A stretch of 64,000 nucleotides of DNA from Promethearchaeota archaeon (GCA_019057795.1 JAHLWS010000026.1:32001-96000); one strand, 5' to 3'; shown: positions 39,295 through 50,373, numbered from the stretch's first letter. Translations and numbers: made by a program. The notes: generated from the sequence alone by a model not told the origin.

Positions 39295-40872
39295 TTACAT
39301 GTAAGTTACTATGACATTGTATTTTTTAATCTCTGATTCTACTTTTGCCTTTCCCAGAGGAGTGAGAGTAATAACATCGTTATTTTTGATTTTTAGAGCC
39401 GTCAATTTTATATTTGGGTCTTTAAATTCACCGCTCATATAAGGATTCCAAAGCATTTCTTTGTTCACCGCATTAGTCATCAACCATAGGATGGGGTCTA
39501 AATTATGTCCACTTATTCTCATAGCCTTAAACACATACCCTATGTTCGCATCAAAAGGAACAACGATTTGAACATTTTCTTCTCCTTCAATGTCTCCACA
39601 AGCAAGGCAATCTTCCCTTTTAATTACATCTAGATGGTCAAATTGCCCATACACCCCATTATAATTGATGTAAGGAGGATCCATTGGAGGACCAATATTC
39701 CTTCCATGCATTCGAAATAATAATTTTAACGCCTCTTGGGATTGTATGCTAGAAATAATAGAGCTTACAGATTGAATTGCCGCAATTTTATTTCCTAATA
39801 TATTTTCCATTTCTTCGAACTTATAATCAGGTCCGAAAGTATCTTTAATATTATCTTTCCATTCTTGAATCTCTTCAGGAGATAGGCTTTCTAACTTTTC
39901 GGTAGAAACATTTTCATCGAACACTCTTTTTCTTAAGTCTATCAATTCTTTCTGTGCTAAAGCCTTCAGTTTTACTACGTCATCGTCCACGTTCATATCA
40001 GGTTTAAAACCGTATTCTTTTTCGAATACTACTTCCGCTTTTATAACGCAGTGATTCCTATTTCTTGGAAGCCCTTTTAAAGTGCACGCCGCGACCAATT
40101 TATCGTCTGCAGGTGGAATAGGAACCATACAACGATAACAAGGAGTTATGTCCAAAACTTCACCAGCATATTTTTTATCAAATTCTTCTTCAACTTTTTT
40201 TCTAACTAGTCTTCTGAAAGGCTCAAGTTTCTCTTGCTTTAACCTTTCAATTAAATATTCTAGTTGCTCTATTTCGTTCTGCGCATCTAAGTACTCTGGA
40301 TTGTCAAATTCCCACATTTTACTGTCGACTATTTTTTCGATCTCGAATTCTCTCTTTTTATATTGAAGACCAGAACCTTCTGGAATAACTATTTGTACAT
40401 GTCCTTCAAAACCTACGGTTCCTCCCTCTACCATAGGTTTTTTTATCCTTAAAGAAATTTTATTCAAATCTAACCTAGCGTTAAAGTTATCCAAAGCGGC
40501 AATAATAACATCGCATTCTTCATAAACCGACATTTGTAATTTTTGGAGCTTTTCAAAATAAAAATCGATGTTTAAAAAAGGATTCATTTCCTTTAATCTT
40601 TCTGCGGCTACTTCTGCCTTAGGACGACCTTCATCGCCCGGCTTGAACAACATTTGACGGGAAAGATTGGAGGTTTCGATAGTATCTAAATCTACCAATA
40701 CTATTTTCCCAATTCCCATTAAGGCAAAGTCTTTTGCTATTTCACAACCCAAAGCCCCAACTCCGACAATCATAACGCAACCTTTGCTAACAATCTCTTG
40801 GTCCCACCCATCAATTAATTGCTGTCTTGCGTACATCCGCGATTTTTTGATATCTGTCTTGTTTACCATCAT
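39295..40872 (-). CDS. Ubiquitin-activating enzyme E1-like (Uba3/Uba2-type ThiF family)
   Basis: YARQ, GVGALGCE, SNLSRQMLF, EGGTVGFEGHV, PCYRC, ACT..G.PR...HC catalytic Cys, DCLACG and a C-terminal extra domain. Confidence 0.9.
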   Translation of the reverse strand: MMVNKTDIKKSRMYARQQLIDGWDQEIVSKGCVMIVGVGALGCEIAKDFALMGIGKIVLVDLDTIETSNLSRQMLFKPGDEGRPKAEVAAERLKEMNPFLNIDFYFEKLQKLQMSVYEECDVIIAALDNFNARLDLNKISLRIKKPMVEGGTVGFEGHVQIVIPEGSGLQYKKREFEIEKIVDSKMWEFDNPEYLDAQNEIEQLEYLIERLKQEKLEPFRRLVRKKVEEEFDKKYAGEVLDITPCYRCMVPIPPADDKLVAACTLKGLPRNRNHCVIKAEVVFEKEYGFKPDMNVDDDVVKLKALAQKELIDLRKRVFDENVSTEKLESLSPEEIQEWKDNIKDTFGPDYKFEEMENILGNKIAAIQSVSSIISSIQSQEALKLLFRMHGRNIGPPMDPPYINYNGVYGQFDHLDVIKREDCLACGDIEGEENVQIVVPFDANIGYVFKAMRISGHNLDPILWLMTNAVNKEMLWNPYMSGEFKDPNIKLTALKIKNNDVITLTPLGKAKVESEIKKYNVIVTYM

Positions 40873-40961
40873 TATAAATATCCTTAAAAATATCCTAAAT
40901 TTTTATAATATTATATATTATTAATTTTTCATAGAAATATAAATTCTTTTAGTGCGTCTTA

Positions 40962-42497
40962 TTGAAAAAGCAATTTATAGTAATTTTAATCATTTTAACA
41001 CTTCCAATAGCCCAATTTTTCGTTTTAGGAATAAACTATTATGAGTTTCCTCAAATAATCGACTCGCGCTTAAAATGTTCGAATGTTGATAATACCTTCC
41101 ATATTTCATCAAGTAAAATAAAAATTAGTTCTACATACAATGCACAAGATTATATTGGCCTGCAAGATAGTCTTTGGAATAAAGGATTAACGGGAAAAAA
41201 TATAACTGTTGCGGTATTAGACACAGGAATTTTTGCTAATCATAGCGTGTTTACGAATGGTGGTAAATTAGATTGGTTTGAAAGAATTGTTAACTTCTAC
41301 GACGTTATTGAAAATCAATCAAGTATTCCACGAGACGATAACGGTCACGGAACATGGGCAACATCAATTTTAGGAGGAAATAGTAGCGTATATCAAGGGG
41401 TAGCACTAGATATTAATTTGGTAATATTGAAAATTTTTGATAGTACTGGAGAAACCAACGCTTCCATATTGGAAAATGCTATTAATTGGGTAGTTCAAAA
41501 TAAGGATGTTTTCGATATAAAAATTGTTAGTATGAGTTTTGGAGCAAAACCAGAACCTGATAATCACGATGAAATTACCCGTCTTCATAGCTTAACTAGA
41601 ATCCTTATTGACAATGGAATACTAGTCGTTGCAGCTGGAGGTAATGATGGGGACTCTTCTAAAGATTATGGAGATGGGACTATTAACGCTCCCGCTTCAG
41701 ATAGGGCGGTTCTTGCTGTTGGGGGCGTAGATTACGACGGAAACATGTATCCAAGTAGCGCGAAAGGTCCGACTTTTGAAGGCGTCATAAAACCAGATGT
41801 GTGCGCTCCCGCTGTTGGAGTAATTGGCGCTGACAAAGACTATCAAGATGGCTATAGCTACGGGACGGGTACTTCTGGAGCAACGCCTTTCGTCGCGGGA
41901 TTAGCAGCGTTGATGTTGGAAAAAGAAGAAACTTTAACTCCGTTCCAACTAAAAAGCATAATCTCATTAACTTCATTTAAGACGGTCAACCCACGAGTGA
42001 TTCAAGATAATATACAAGGGTGGGGGATTATACAAGGTTACGCCGCTTTAGACGCCTTAAATAATCCAATGTTAATTAATGAAAGTTTGGAAATTGGGTT
42101 TTCTCTAAACCAAAACTTTAGCGTTTATTGCCTACCGATTAAACTTAAACCAAATCACTACTCTTTTGAATTAAATCAACTTGGATCGGCACGGGCTGAA
42201 ATGTATTTATTCAACATGGCTCCTACCGAATATGGGTCTCCAATTCTAGTATCTCACACCATAAACAAACTGTTCCCGGATAATCTTGACAAAAGAATGG
42301 GCGTTTTCGCGAGTGAAGTTCATAATTATTATTTAGTTGTAAAATTAGTTCAGAGAGCTTCAGGAAGCTTTTTAATACGACTATTGTTTGAATATAGAAA
42401 TATAGCATTTCTAATCTTATTAGGAATTAATGTTATTAGTCTGATTTACATCAGAAAATTAACTTTGAGTTTTAAAAAAAGAGATGGGATGGATTAA
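40962..42497 (+). CDS. Membrane-anchored subtilisin-like S8 protease
   Basis: VAVLDTG, NGHGT, GTSGATP catalytic triad; hydrophobic N- and C-termini. Confidence 0.9.
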   Translation: MKKQFIVILIILTLPIAQFFVLGINYYEFPQIIDSRLKCSNVDNTFHISSSKIKISSTYNAQDYIGLQDSLWNKGLTGKNITVAVLDTGIFANHSVFTNGGKLDWFERIVNFYDVIENQSSIPRDDNGHGTWATSILGGNSSVYQGVALDINLVILKIFDSTGETNASILENAINWVVQNKDVFDIKIVSMSFGAKPEPDNHDEITRLHSLTRILIDNGILVVAAGGNDGDSSKDYGDGTINAPASDRAVLAVGGVDYDGNMYPSSAKGPTFEGVIKPDVCAPAVGVIGADKDYQDGYSYGTGTSGATPFVAGLAALMLEKEETLTPFQLKSIISLTSFKTVNPRVIQDNIQGWGIIQGYAALDALNNPMLINESLEIGFSLNQNFSVYCLPIKLKPNHYSFELNQLGSARAEMYLFNMAPTEYGSPILVSHTINKLFPDNLDKRMGVFASEVHNYYLVVKLVQRASGSFLIRLLFEYRNIAFLILLGINVISLIYIRKLTLSFKKRDGMD

Positions 42498-42504
42498 TTT
42501 GAAC

Positions 42505-45500
42505 CTATTTTTTTTCTTTTTTCGATATTTCTTTAAGCATTTTCTTAATCTCGTCCGCTTTTTCTTTATCTTTATCTAATTTGAGCTCCTTTTTTCTCTT
42601 CACTGCATCTTCCTTCGATTTCGATAATTCTTTCATAAGTTCCTGCTTTAAATCAATAAATTCCTTCATATCCTTTCTAAATTCTTTTGACTCGGATACA
42701 ATTTGTTTGCTTTTTTGTTGGGCTTTTAACTCTTCTTGTTGCTTTTTAATTTCAATTAACTTCGAAACTTCAATAGATAAACCGCTCACTTCTCCAACTA
42801 CCGCTTTTAATTTTATTTCTTCTTCTTTTACTTGGCGCTCTTTCTTTCTTCTTTGAATTTCTAAATCTTCGCGAATCTTTTGTATTTTCAGATCTTCTTC
42901 TTTTGTTCTTTGTTCAAGGAGTCGTGTATTTTCAATCTCTTTTTGAATGTATTTTATTTGTTCAATCCATCCAATCCGTTTAAACTTTTCAATTGCGCTG
43001 TTGAACTTTTTATAAGCTTTTTTAAAGTCATATATGATTGCAGCCTGTTTTCCCTCGTCTATTAGCCTTAAACCTTTCTCTTTAGTTATCTCACTATCTC
43101 GTTTAGATTCGAATAATCTTTTTACCTTTAGTTGTTGTTGTCTCTTTTTTATTTCGTATTCTATACGTCGTTTTTGAATCTCTTCTCTAAAGACTTCATA
43201 CTCGCGATGCCTTTTAATTTTAGCCTCTGCTTCCAATTTTTTCTTTACTACAAAATCTGCTTTCTGTTGAATGAGATCTTTTATCAGTATATTCAAATTA
43301 TTAATCTCAGGTTCCCAACCAATTTTTTCGGCCAGTAAATCTCTTGCTTGAATATACAACGATATTGCTTTGTCAAAATTAGGAACCCCTCTCTTAAGAA
43401 ATTCTACTCCTTCTTCAAGAAGAGAATAAGCAGCCTCTCTGTTAGTTAATTGATCTTGTACTACTCTTTCCCTTTGTTGAAGCGCTAACTGTTGTGCAAT
43501 CTTTTTCTCTTTTTCTTGCTTCTTTCTCTCTTCTAATATTTCTTGTAAATGGCTCTCTTCTTTAAGCCTTTCTAATTCTCTTTGCAATTTATGTTGTTGG
43601 TCAAGTTCTTTCTGTTTTTTGAGATTGAGCACTTTTTCAATCATGTTGTTAATAGAATCTGTTGGAAATTGGATTTCGTTTAAAATTAGCATTGCTTTTC
43701 TATAACTTGCAATAGCTAGATCATACTCTAATCTATTAATATAATGTTCCGCTTTTTCTAAAACCAGAAAAGCCTCATCTTTTCTCTTTTCAAGTTTGGC
43801 TTGTAACAATTCTAAATTTCCAATTTCGATCTGCTTTAATTTTAAACGCTCTTTTTTTTTCCTTATATCCTCAGCAACTTTCTTTTGAAAATCGATTTCT
43901 TCGCGCTCCTTTTGAACTTTAAATTCTAATTCTTTTTGTTTTTGCAATTCATGTTCTCGTTTTTTCTCTTTGACTTTAATGATTAATTCCCTAATTGAGT
44001 CTGTTGGAAATTGAATTTCGTTTAATGTTAATTCCGCGCTTCTATAATATTCAAGCGCTTTGTCGTATTTTCCTTGTTTTAAAAAGGCATTAGCTTCATC
44101 AAATATTTCAAATGCAACATCTTTACGCTTTTCCAAGTAGATTTTTAGGTCTTCTCGTTCTTTAAGTTTGATTTGCTTAGCTTTCATTTTTTCTTCTTCG
44201 TACCTCATACTTTCTACAATAGTTTGTAGAAAATGCTTTTCTTCCTCAGTTTTTTTTATTATGACTTCAAATTCATGTTGCTTTACTAAATCATCTTTTC
44301 GCTTTTTCTCTTGTATCTTATGAATCATTTCTTTAACTATATCTGTTGGAAATCGGATTTGAGTTAAATTTAACTCTGCTTGATAATACATGTCGATAGC
44401 ATGCTCGTATAACCCTTGCTTTAATAACACTTCTGCTTTATCCATAATTTTAAAGGCTTCTAATTTGCTCTGTTCCATGTAATTTACTAAATCTTCCTTT
44501 TTTCGAAGCTCAATTTTCTTAGATATCATTCTGTCTTTTTCACTTTGTAGATGTTCAGTTATTTTTCTTTCGAACTCTCTTTCTTCGTCTATTTGTTTTC
44601 TTAAACGTTCCCTTTCTCGAATAATTCTCTGATCTTTTTCCTTCTTTTTAAACTGGATTGACCGAATTGTATCTTCTAATAGAATCATATAACCTCCTGT
44701 CCATCCAATGTCATTTAATATGCTAAGAGCGTTACGATAAGATTGTAAAGCTTCGTCAAAGCTTTCTTGTCTTAGTAAAATATCAGCTTTGTCAATAATC
44801 ATGAACGCCTCTTTCTCTTTTGTTATGGATTCTGTAATTAATACCTTCTTTTTTACAATTAATTCCTTCTCTTTTTGTATTTTAATTTTTTCCATTTCTC
44901 GTTGACGTTTGATGTGGTCAAGAAATTGTTTGTGGGCGGTTTCTTTTTTGATTGCTTCTAGAAACGCTTTTTGTTTCCATAGCTCTTTTTCTTTCTTTTT
45001 TATTTCTATGTCGCTAATTGCTTGTTTAATCAACGGTAGTTCTTCTATCCATTGAATTTGAGCAAAGATCTCGCTTACATCTCTATAACTTTCAATTGCC
45101 ATATCAAATTCCCCTAAAGAGAGAAAATTCTGAGCTTCTTCTAATATTTTAAAGGCTTCTTCTTTTTGTTCTTCTCTAAATAGGACTTCTTTTTCGCGTT
45201 CTCTGTAAGTAATTTTTTTTTGATTTAACTTTTCTCTTTGAGCTTTCATTTCTTTGATTGCAATTTCTTGAAACGCTCTATCCTCTCTTTCTTTTTTAAT
45301 GAGAGCTAGCATATCCCTTTGTTTTTTAATTCCCGTCTCACGCTTTTTATTTTCTATCTCAACAATCGCATTTCCAATTTTTTCAACTTCATCATACCAT
45401 TGAATTTCCGCAAAAATATTTGTTGCTAATTGGTATAATTCTATAACTTTTTCGTAATTTCTTTTTTTCAATAACTTCTGCGCTTCGCCTAATACTTTAA

Positions 45501-47430
45501 AAGCTTCTTCCTTTCTCCTTTCTCGATGTTCTAATTCGGCATCTCGTTCCCTTAACTTTATCTGTTTTTTACTTAAACTCTCACGCTCTTCTTGTAATTG
45601 TTTGGATATCTGTTTCTGAAACGATTGCTCTGCTTTATATTTGTCAATAGATCTCTGTAAATCCTTTTGCTTCGTTAAAGATTGCTCTCTTTTCCTACTT
45701 TCAAGTTCTCTTATGGAATCTTCAATTAAATGCAATTCTTCATCCCATTGGATGCCAGCAAAAATATTTCCAGCAGTTTGATATGCTAATATCGCGTTAT
45801 CTAAATTAGATTGATTTATGTATTCTTCTGCTTCTTCTAAAGCCTTAAAAGCAGCATCTTTACGTTGTTCTCTATATTCTATTTCCTCCCTTTTTAATTT
45901 TAATGTAATTTCCCTTTGTTTAATTCTCTCTCGTTCCTTCGCTAATTCTATTGAAATTTGTTGTTGGAATTCTAAATCAGCTTTACGTCGTCGCTCAAAT
46001 TTCTTTTGTTGTTCCAATTCTTTTTCTATCTGAGTTTCTTTTAATGCGTTGATACTAGATATCGTAGATTTAATTGTTCCTGCATACGATTCCCAACCCG
46101 TTCCTAAACCTTTTAAAAGTTCTAACGCTTTTTGATATTCTACAATAGCTTTATTAAAGTCGTTACTTTCCTTTAAAATCTTATCGGCGTTATCTAAAGT
46201 CGTAAAAAATTCGTTCTCTTTTCTGGTTTCTTTTCTTCTTTTTTGTTCAAATTGTAATCTTTTTTGTTCTATCTCTTTTGCTGTTTGTACAATCTCTTCT
46301 CTTTCTTTTAAGAAGATTTTGTCTTGTAGAATTTTTAAATCAATTTCTCGCTTTTGTTTCAGGCTTTCAGTTCTTTCCTCATATTTTTGCTTCTCTTCTA
46401 TACTTTTGATAAAATTAACGATAGGTTGAATGTAAGAATCCCATTCTATGGATTTAAGTAATTCTATTGCCTTTTCGTACTTGGTTATAGCTTTATCGTA
46501 TTTCTTTTCTCGCTCCAGCTTTTTTCCAATATCTATTAGGTTGAACGCGTTTATTTGAATCTTTTCTTCGTCCTTTTTAAATTCTTCGAGTTCTAATTCA
46601 TTGAATTCTTTAATTTCAACTTCTCTTTTTATAAATCTTCGTTCTAAAGGCTTCTGTGTTTTAATTATTTCAAATTCTCTTTTGTCTTTTCTTAATTTTT
46701 GAACTATTAATGCTATATTTTGTGTCTGGGTTTGCCACCCTATTAAGTTTAATAGCTCAATAGCTTTTTCGTAATTCTCTATCGCTTTATCAAATTTATT
46801 GTCATTTTCGAAAAACTTTGCATTGTCAATAAACGCAAAAGCATCGGTTTGAATTTGTTCTTCTCGTTGTTTCTCTTCTTTATATCTTTTTAGTTCTTCT
46901 GCTTTAGAAGCAATTTTCTTTTTGCCAAACGCATCAACAATCTGAGGCTCAGTTTCTAGTTGTTGAGATTTAATTTCTTTTTGCGTTTGAATTATTTTTT
47001 GTCGTTCCAAATTTCCCGCAAGATCGCTTATTTTACTCTTCAAATTCGTTAATTGAGTTTCAGTCCACCCTGATTGAACCAATAATTTAATTGCTGACAT
47101 ATATTGATTAATAGCGTCTTCAAGAAATCCATCGGATTCTAATTTTTGAGCTCCATCTAGTAAAGAAAACGCTTGATCTTGTATTTGCTCAACTTGAGCC
47201 CTGAAATGCTCTTGGCGGTAGAAAATCTCTTGCTTAACGGATTTTTTTAATTCTTCAATTCGGGAATAAATTTCATCAATTCTTTGCATCAAGTACCCGC
47301 TATTTTTAAGATAATCCGCAGCAACTCCATAATGTTCTATAGCCTTTTCAATATTACCTTCCTGTTCAAACTTCTGAGCTAAGCTTAAGTATCTTACAGC
47401 TTCTTGAGCTAACGCTTCTTTATTCTCCAT
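42505..47430 (-). CDS. Giant repeat protein: about 14 MIT/TPR-like helical units separated by charged helices
   Basis: Recurring AF..L..A......(Y/F)..AI..Y..A..L...I.(W/F) unit. Confidence 0.8.
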   Translation of the reverse strand: MENKEALAQEAVRYLSLAQKFEQEGNIEKAIEHYGVAADYLKNSGYLMQRIDEIYSRIEELKKSVKQEIFYRQEHFRAQVEQIQDQAFSLLDGAQKLESDGFLEDAINQYMSAIKLLVQSGWTETQLTNLKSKISDLAGNLERQKIIQTQKEIKSQQLETEPQIVDAFGKKKIASKAEELKRYKEEKQREEQIQTDAFAFIDNAKFFENDNKFDKAIENYEKAIELLNLIGWQTQTQNIALIVQKLRKDKREFEIIKTQKPLERRFIKREVEIKEFNELELEEFKKDEEKIQINAFNLIDIGKKLEREKKYDKAITKYEKAIELLKSIEWDSYIQPIVNFIKSIEEKQKYEERTESLKQKREIDLKILQDKIFLKEREEIVQTAKEIEQKRLQFEQKRRKETRKENEFFTTLDNADKILKESNDFNKAIVEYQKALELLKGLGTGWESYAGTIKSTISSINALKETQIEKELEQQKKFERRRKADLEFQQQISIELAKERERIKQREITLKLKREEIEYREQRKDAAFKALEEAEEYINQSNLDNAILAYQTAGNIFAGIQWDEELHLIEDSIRELESRKREQSLTKQKDLQRSIDKYKAEQSFQKQISKQLQEERESLSKKQIKLRERDAELEHRERRKEEAFKVLGEAQKLLKKRNYEKVIELYQLATNIFAEIQWYDEVEKIGNAIVEIENKKRETGIKKQRDMLALIKKEREDRAFQEIAIKEMKAQREKLNQKKITYREREKEVLFREEQKEEAFKILEEAQNFLSLGEFDMAIESYRDVSEIFAQIQWIEELPLIKQAISDIEIKKKEKELWKQKAFLEAIKKETAHKQFLDHIKRQREMEKIKIQKEKELIVKKKVLITESITKEKEAFMIIDKADILLRQESFDEALQSYRNALSILNDIGWTGGYMILLEDTIRSIQFKKKEKDQRIIRERERLRKQIDEEREFERKITEHLQSEKDRMISKKIELRKKEDLVNYMEQSKLEAFKIMDKAEVLLKQGLYEHAIDMYYQAELNLTQIRFPTDIVKEMIHKIQEKKRKDDLVKQHEFEVIIKKTEEEKHFLQTIVESMRYEEEKMKAKQIKLKEREDLKIYLEKRKDVAFEIFDEANAFLKQGKYDKALEYYRSAELTLNEIQFPTDSIRELIIKVKEKKREHELQKQKELEFKVQKEREEIDFQKKVAEDIRKKKERLKLKQIEIGNLELLQAKLEKRKDEAFLVLEKAEHYINRLEYDLAIASYRKAMLILNEIQFPTDSINNMIEKVLNLKKQKELDQQHKLQRELERLKEESHLQEILEERKKQEKEKKIAQQLALQQRERVVQDQLTNREAAYSLLEEGVEFLKRGVPNFDKAISLYIQARDLLAEKIGWEPEINNLNILIKDLIQQKADFVVKKKLEAEAKIKRHREYEVFREEIQKRRIEYEIKKRQQQLKVKRLFESKRDSEITKEKGLRLIDEGKQAAIIYDFKKAYKKFNSAIEKFKRIGWIEQIKYIQKEIENTRLLEQRTKEEDLKIQKIREDLEIQRRKKERQVKEEEIKLKAVVGEVSGLSIEVSKLIEIKKQQEELKAQQKSKQIVSESKEFRKDMKEFIDLKQELMKELSKSKEDAVKRKKELKLDKDKEKADEIKKMLKEISKKEKK

Positions 47431-47651
47431 TTTAAAACTAACTCATTGTTTTCCAATTTAAATTGAATTGTTAATAAGATTAGAGTGAAATCATTCTTAT
47501 TTCTTACAATAAATTAAACCGATTTATTAATTAAACTTTTTATATTTTAATGATTAACCTTACTAACAAAAAATAACCGTTAAAAGTCATTTTAGTGCCA
47601 TTTTTGATGCTTAATCTTTATTTCTTTATTTGATATGTGGGAGTATAATCC

Positions 47652-49619
47652 ATGAATAATAATAATTTTAAAATAACAATTGATTTTGAACCGATCTCAA
47701 GAAGATTATACTATGTAAGGGACGAAAATATTTTCCAATTGTTGATTAATTCCGGTATCCGCGTTAGATCACTATGTGGTGGCCTTGGAACGTGCGGTAA
47801 GTGTAAAATTATGGTTCAAAAAGGAAATAAATATTTAAATTCTCCTACAGATTCAGAGAAAGCCCTTTTAACTCCAACAGAGATCAATGAAAACTGGCGG
47901 TTAGCGTGCCAAAGTATGATAGCGGAAAATCAAATTACACTCTTGGAAACACAGCAACCTCCCCAAATTAGAATTTTTTTACCTCAAGAACTCCTAATTG
48001 AAGATTTTAAGATTTTAACTTCAGGTTTAAATAAGGGAGTTAGCGTAAATCCAAACGTTAAGAAATTGTTTGTAGAAGTTAAAAAACCAAATTTAGACGA
48101 TCCTGTTCCAGATTGGGAAAGAGTATTAATTTCACTCTCGTCTAAAAACGGAATTATTAAAGATATAAATACGCTTTTAGTAGAATTTGAAGCTTTAAAG
48201 AAATTACCTAAAATATTAAGAGAAGAAAACCATCGCATTACAATAACTCTATACGACAACAATAAAATCATCGATTTTGAAGCGGGTAATAAAATTGATA
48301 TAAATTACGGAATCGCGTTTGATATTGGAACTACAACTTTAGTAGGTTATCTAATAAACTTGAACGACGGAAAAGTTTATTCTGTCGCCTCAGCACTTAA
48401 TCCACAAACGGCCTATGGCGAGGATGTTATCACCCGGATTACATATGTTAAAAACAACGAAGATGGACTTCTAAAACTAAGTTCTGCTGTTTTAGACGCT
48501 TTAAATGATATAATAAAAAAAAATTGTGCAAAAGCTAAAATTAAACCTTCGGATATACATGAAGCCACTGTTGTTGGTAATTCAGTCATGCACCACATTT
48601 TTCTAAATATAGATCCTACATATATCGGTTTAAGCCCGTATGTGCCAGCAGTTAAGCGAGGATTAAATTTAAATTCTAAAGATATAAATCTAAAGATCTC
48701 TCGAGGGGGAAAAGTATATGTGCTTCCTTTGATAGCTGGGTTCGTTGGAGCAGACACAATAGGCGTAATTCTATCTTCAGAAATAGATAAAGAGTCAGAG
48801 TTAACTTTAGCAATTGATGTAGGAACGAATGGTGAGATCGTTGTTGGTAATAGGGATATATTAACCACCGCCTCGTGCGCAGCTGGGTCTGCTTTAGAGG
48901 GTGCTCACGTAAAAGATGGAATGAGAGCTGCGGCTGGAGCGATCGACACAATTAAAATCAACCCCCACGATTTAACCGTTGGGTATACAACGATAAACAA
49001 CAAAAAACCGATTGGAATTTGTGGTTCTGGAATAATTGACGCCGTAGCAGAAATGCTAAAAGCTAAAATTATTACCAGAAGTGGTAGTTTCAACAAACAT
49101 TTTATTGATCACGAGAGAATTGTAAAAAACGATAAAAACCTCGAATTTATTATTTCAAAGAAGGATGAATCTTCACATAAACGTGATATTACCATTTCGC
49201 AAAATGACATTAGAGAATTACAAATGGCTAAAGCAGCGTTCTTTTCTGGAGCCCAATTGCTTTTAAACCATATAAATCGAACAAGAAACACAAAACTCGA
49301 AATTAAACAAATCTTTTTGGCTGGAGCTTTTGGCAATTATATAAATAAAAATAACGCAAAATTTATAGGAATGATTCCCGACATTTCAGACGAAAAAATT
49401 TATCAAATTGGAAACGCTGCGGGAATAGGAGCTCAGAACTGTTTATTAAATACAAATTTGAGAAAAAAAGCTAGTAAATTACTAAAAAAAATAGACTATG
49501 TTGAAATCGCAATAGAAAAGGATTTCCAAAGACAATACGCTGAAGCCATGTATTTTCCTCACCATAATTTAGAACTTTTTCCTAATTTAAAAGAATACAA
49601 AAACATTCCTAAAAGATAA
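47652..49619 (+). CDS. RACo/RamA-type ASKHA ATPase with N-terminal 2Fe-2S domain (corrinoid reductive activator)
   Basis: CGGLGTCGKC...RLACQ, DIGTTT, YGEDVITR, DVGTNGE, GICGSG, LAGAFG. Confidence 0.88.
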   Translation: MNNNNFKITIDFEPISRRLYYVRDENIFQLLINSGIRVRSLCGGLGTCGKCKIMVQKGNKYLNSPTDSEKALLTPTEINENWRLACQSMIAENQITLLETQQPPQIRIFLPQELLIEDFKILTSGLNKGVSVNPNVKKLFVEVKKPNLDDPVPDWERVLISLSSKNGIIKDINTLLVEFEALKKLPKILREENHRITITLYDNNKIIDFEAGNKIDINYGIAFDIGTTTLVGYLINLNDGKVYSVASALNPQTAYGEDVITRITYVKNNEDGLLKLSSAVLDALNDIIKKNCAKAKIKPSDIHEATVVGNSVMHHIFLNIDPTYIGLSPYVPAVKRGLNLNSKDINLKISRGGKVYVLPLIAGFVGADTIGVILSSEIDKESELTLAIDVGTNGEIVVGNRDILTTASCAAGSALEGAHVKDGMRAAAGAIDTIKINPHDLTVGYTTINNKKPIGICGSGIIDAVAEMLKAKIITRSGSFNKHFIDHERIVKNDKNLEFIISKKDESSHKRDITISQNDIRELQMAKAAFFSGAQLLLNHINRTRNTKLEIKQIFLAGAFGNYINKNNAKFIGMIPDISDEKIYQIGNAAGIGAQNCLLNTNLRKKASKLLKKIDYVEIAIEKDFQRQYAEAMYFPHHNLELFPNLKEYKNIPKR

Positions 49620-49845
49620 ATGAACTTTTAGACTTACATCCTTTATTAAAGTTAGTTCAAAATTAGACAAAGGACTATTTAAATTTTGTAGATTTTAATT
49701 TAAAAGGAGCATAAAAGTATTTAAGAAATAAATCAATTCCAAATAAAAAGAATTAAATAAACAAAATTTAATATTAAGATAATAAATTTATTAAAATAAT
49801 AATTAAGAAATTTATTTTCATATAATTTGTGGTGTAAGTTATAGC

Positions 49846-50373
49846 ATGTCAAGTTTTAAACTAAAAGTATTGCTAACTGGAGCTGCCGCTGTCGGTAAAA
49901 CTAGTCTGGTTCAAAGATTTATCAAACAACGTTTTGCGGCTAACTATAAGCTCACCGTTGGAGTAGACATCCTGACCAAAGATGTTGAGTTCTCGCAAGG
50001 GGAGGTGGCAACCCTTTCCATATGGGACATTGGAGGACAACAAAGGTTTGAGTTCATTCGTTCGACGTTTTATAAAGGCGCCGCAGGAGCTTTGTTAGTT
50101 TTTGACTTAACAAGAGAACAAACCTACATTGAAGTAAGAAAGTGGCTAACAGAAATCCGTCAGTTTGCTGGTCAAGATATACCGTTTGTACTAATAGGAA
50201 ACAAATACGACTTACTGGAGGATGTTGGTGAAGTTATCGATCGGGACGAGGCGAGAGCTTTAGCTGAAGGCGAAGGTAGCATATATATTGAAACCTCAGC
50301 TAAAACAGGTATTAACGTAGATGATGCTTTTACTGAACTTACTCGCAGAATTATCAAGTCTAGAACTCAATAA
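49846..50373 (+). CDS. Rab-like small GTPase
   Basis: GAAAVGKTS, TVGVD, WDIGGQ, FYKGA, GNKYD, ETSAK. No C-terminal Cys. Confidence 0.93.
   Translation: MSSFKLKVLLTGAAAVGKTSLVQRFIKQRFAANYKLTVGVDILTKDVEFSQGEVATLSIWDIGGQQRFEFIRSTFYKGAAGALLVFDLTREQTYIEVRKWLTEIRQFAGQDIPFVLIGNKYDLLEDVGEVIDRDEARALAEGEGSIYIETSAKTGINVDDAFTELTRRIIKSRTQ

Noticed and set aside
21929-40872. ERAD-like link between the SelK/S-like ORF and the Ubc7-like E2
   Set aside because: About 15 kb apart with unrelated genes between; nothing in the sequence ties them together.
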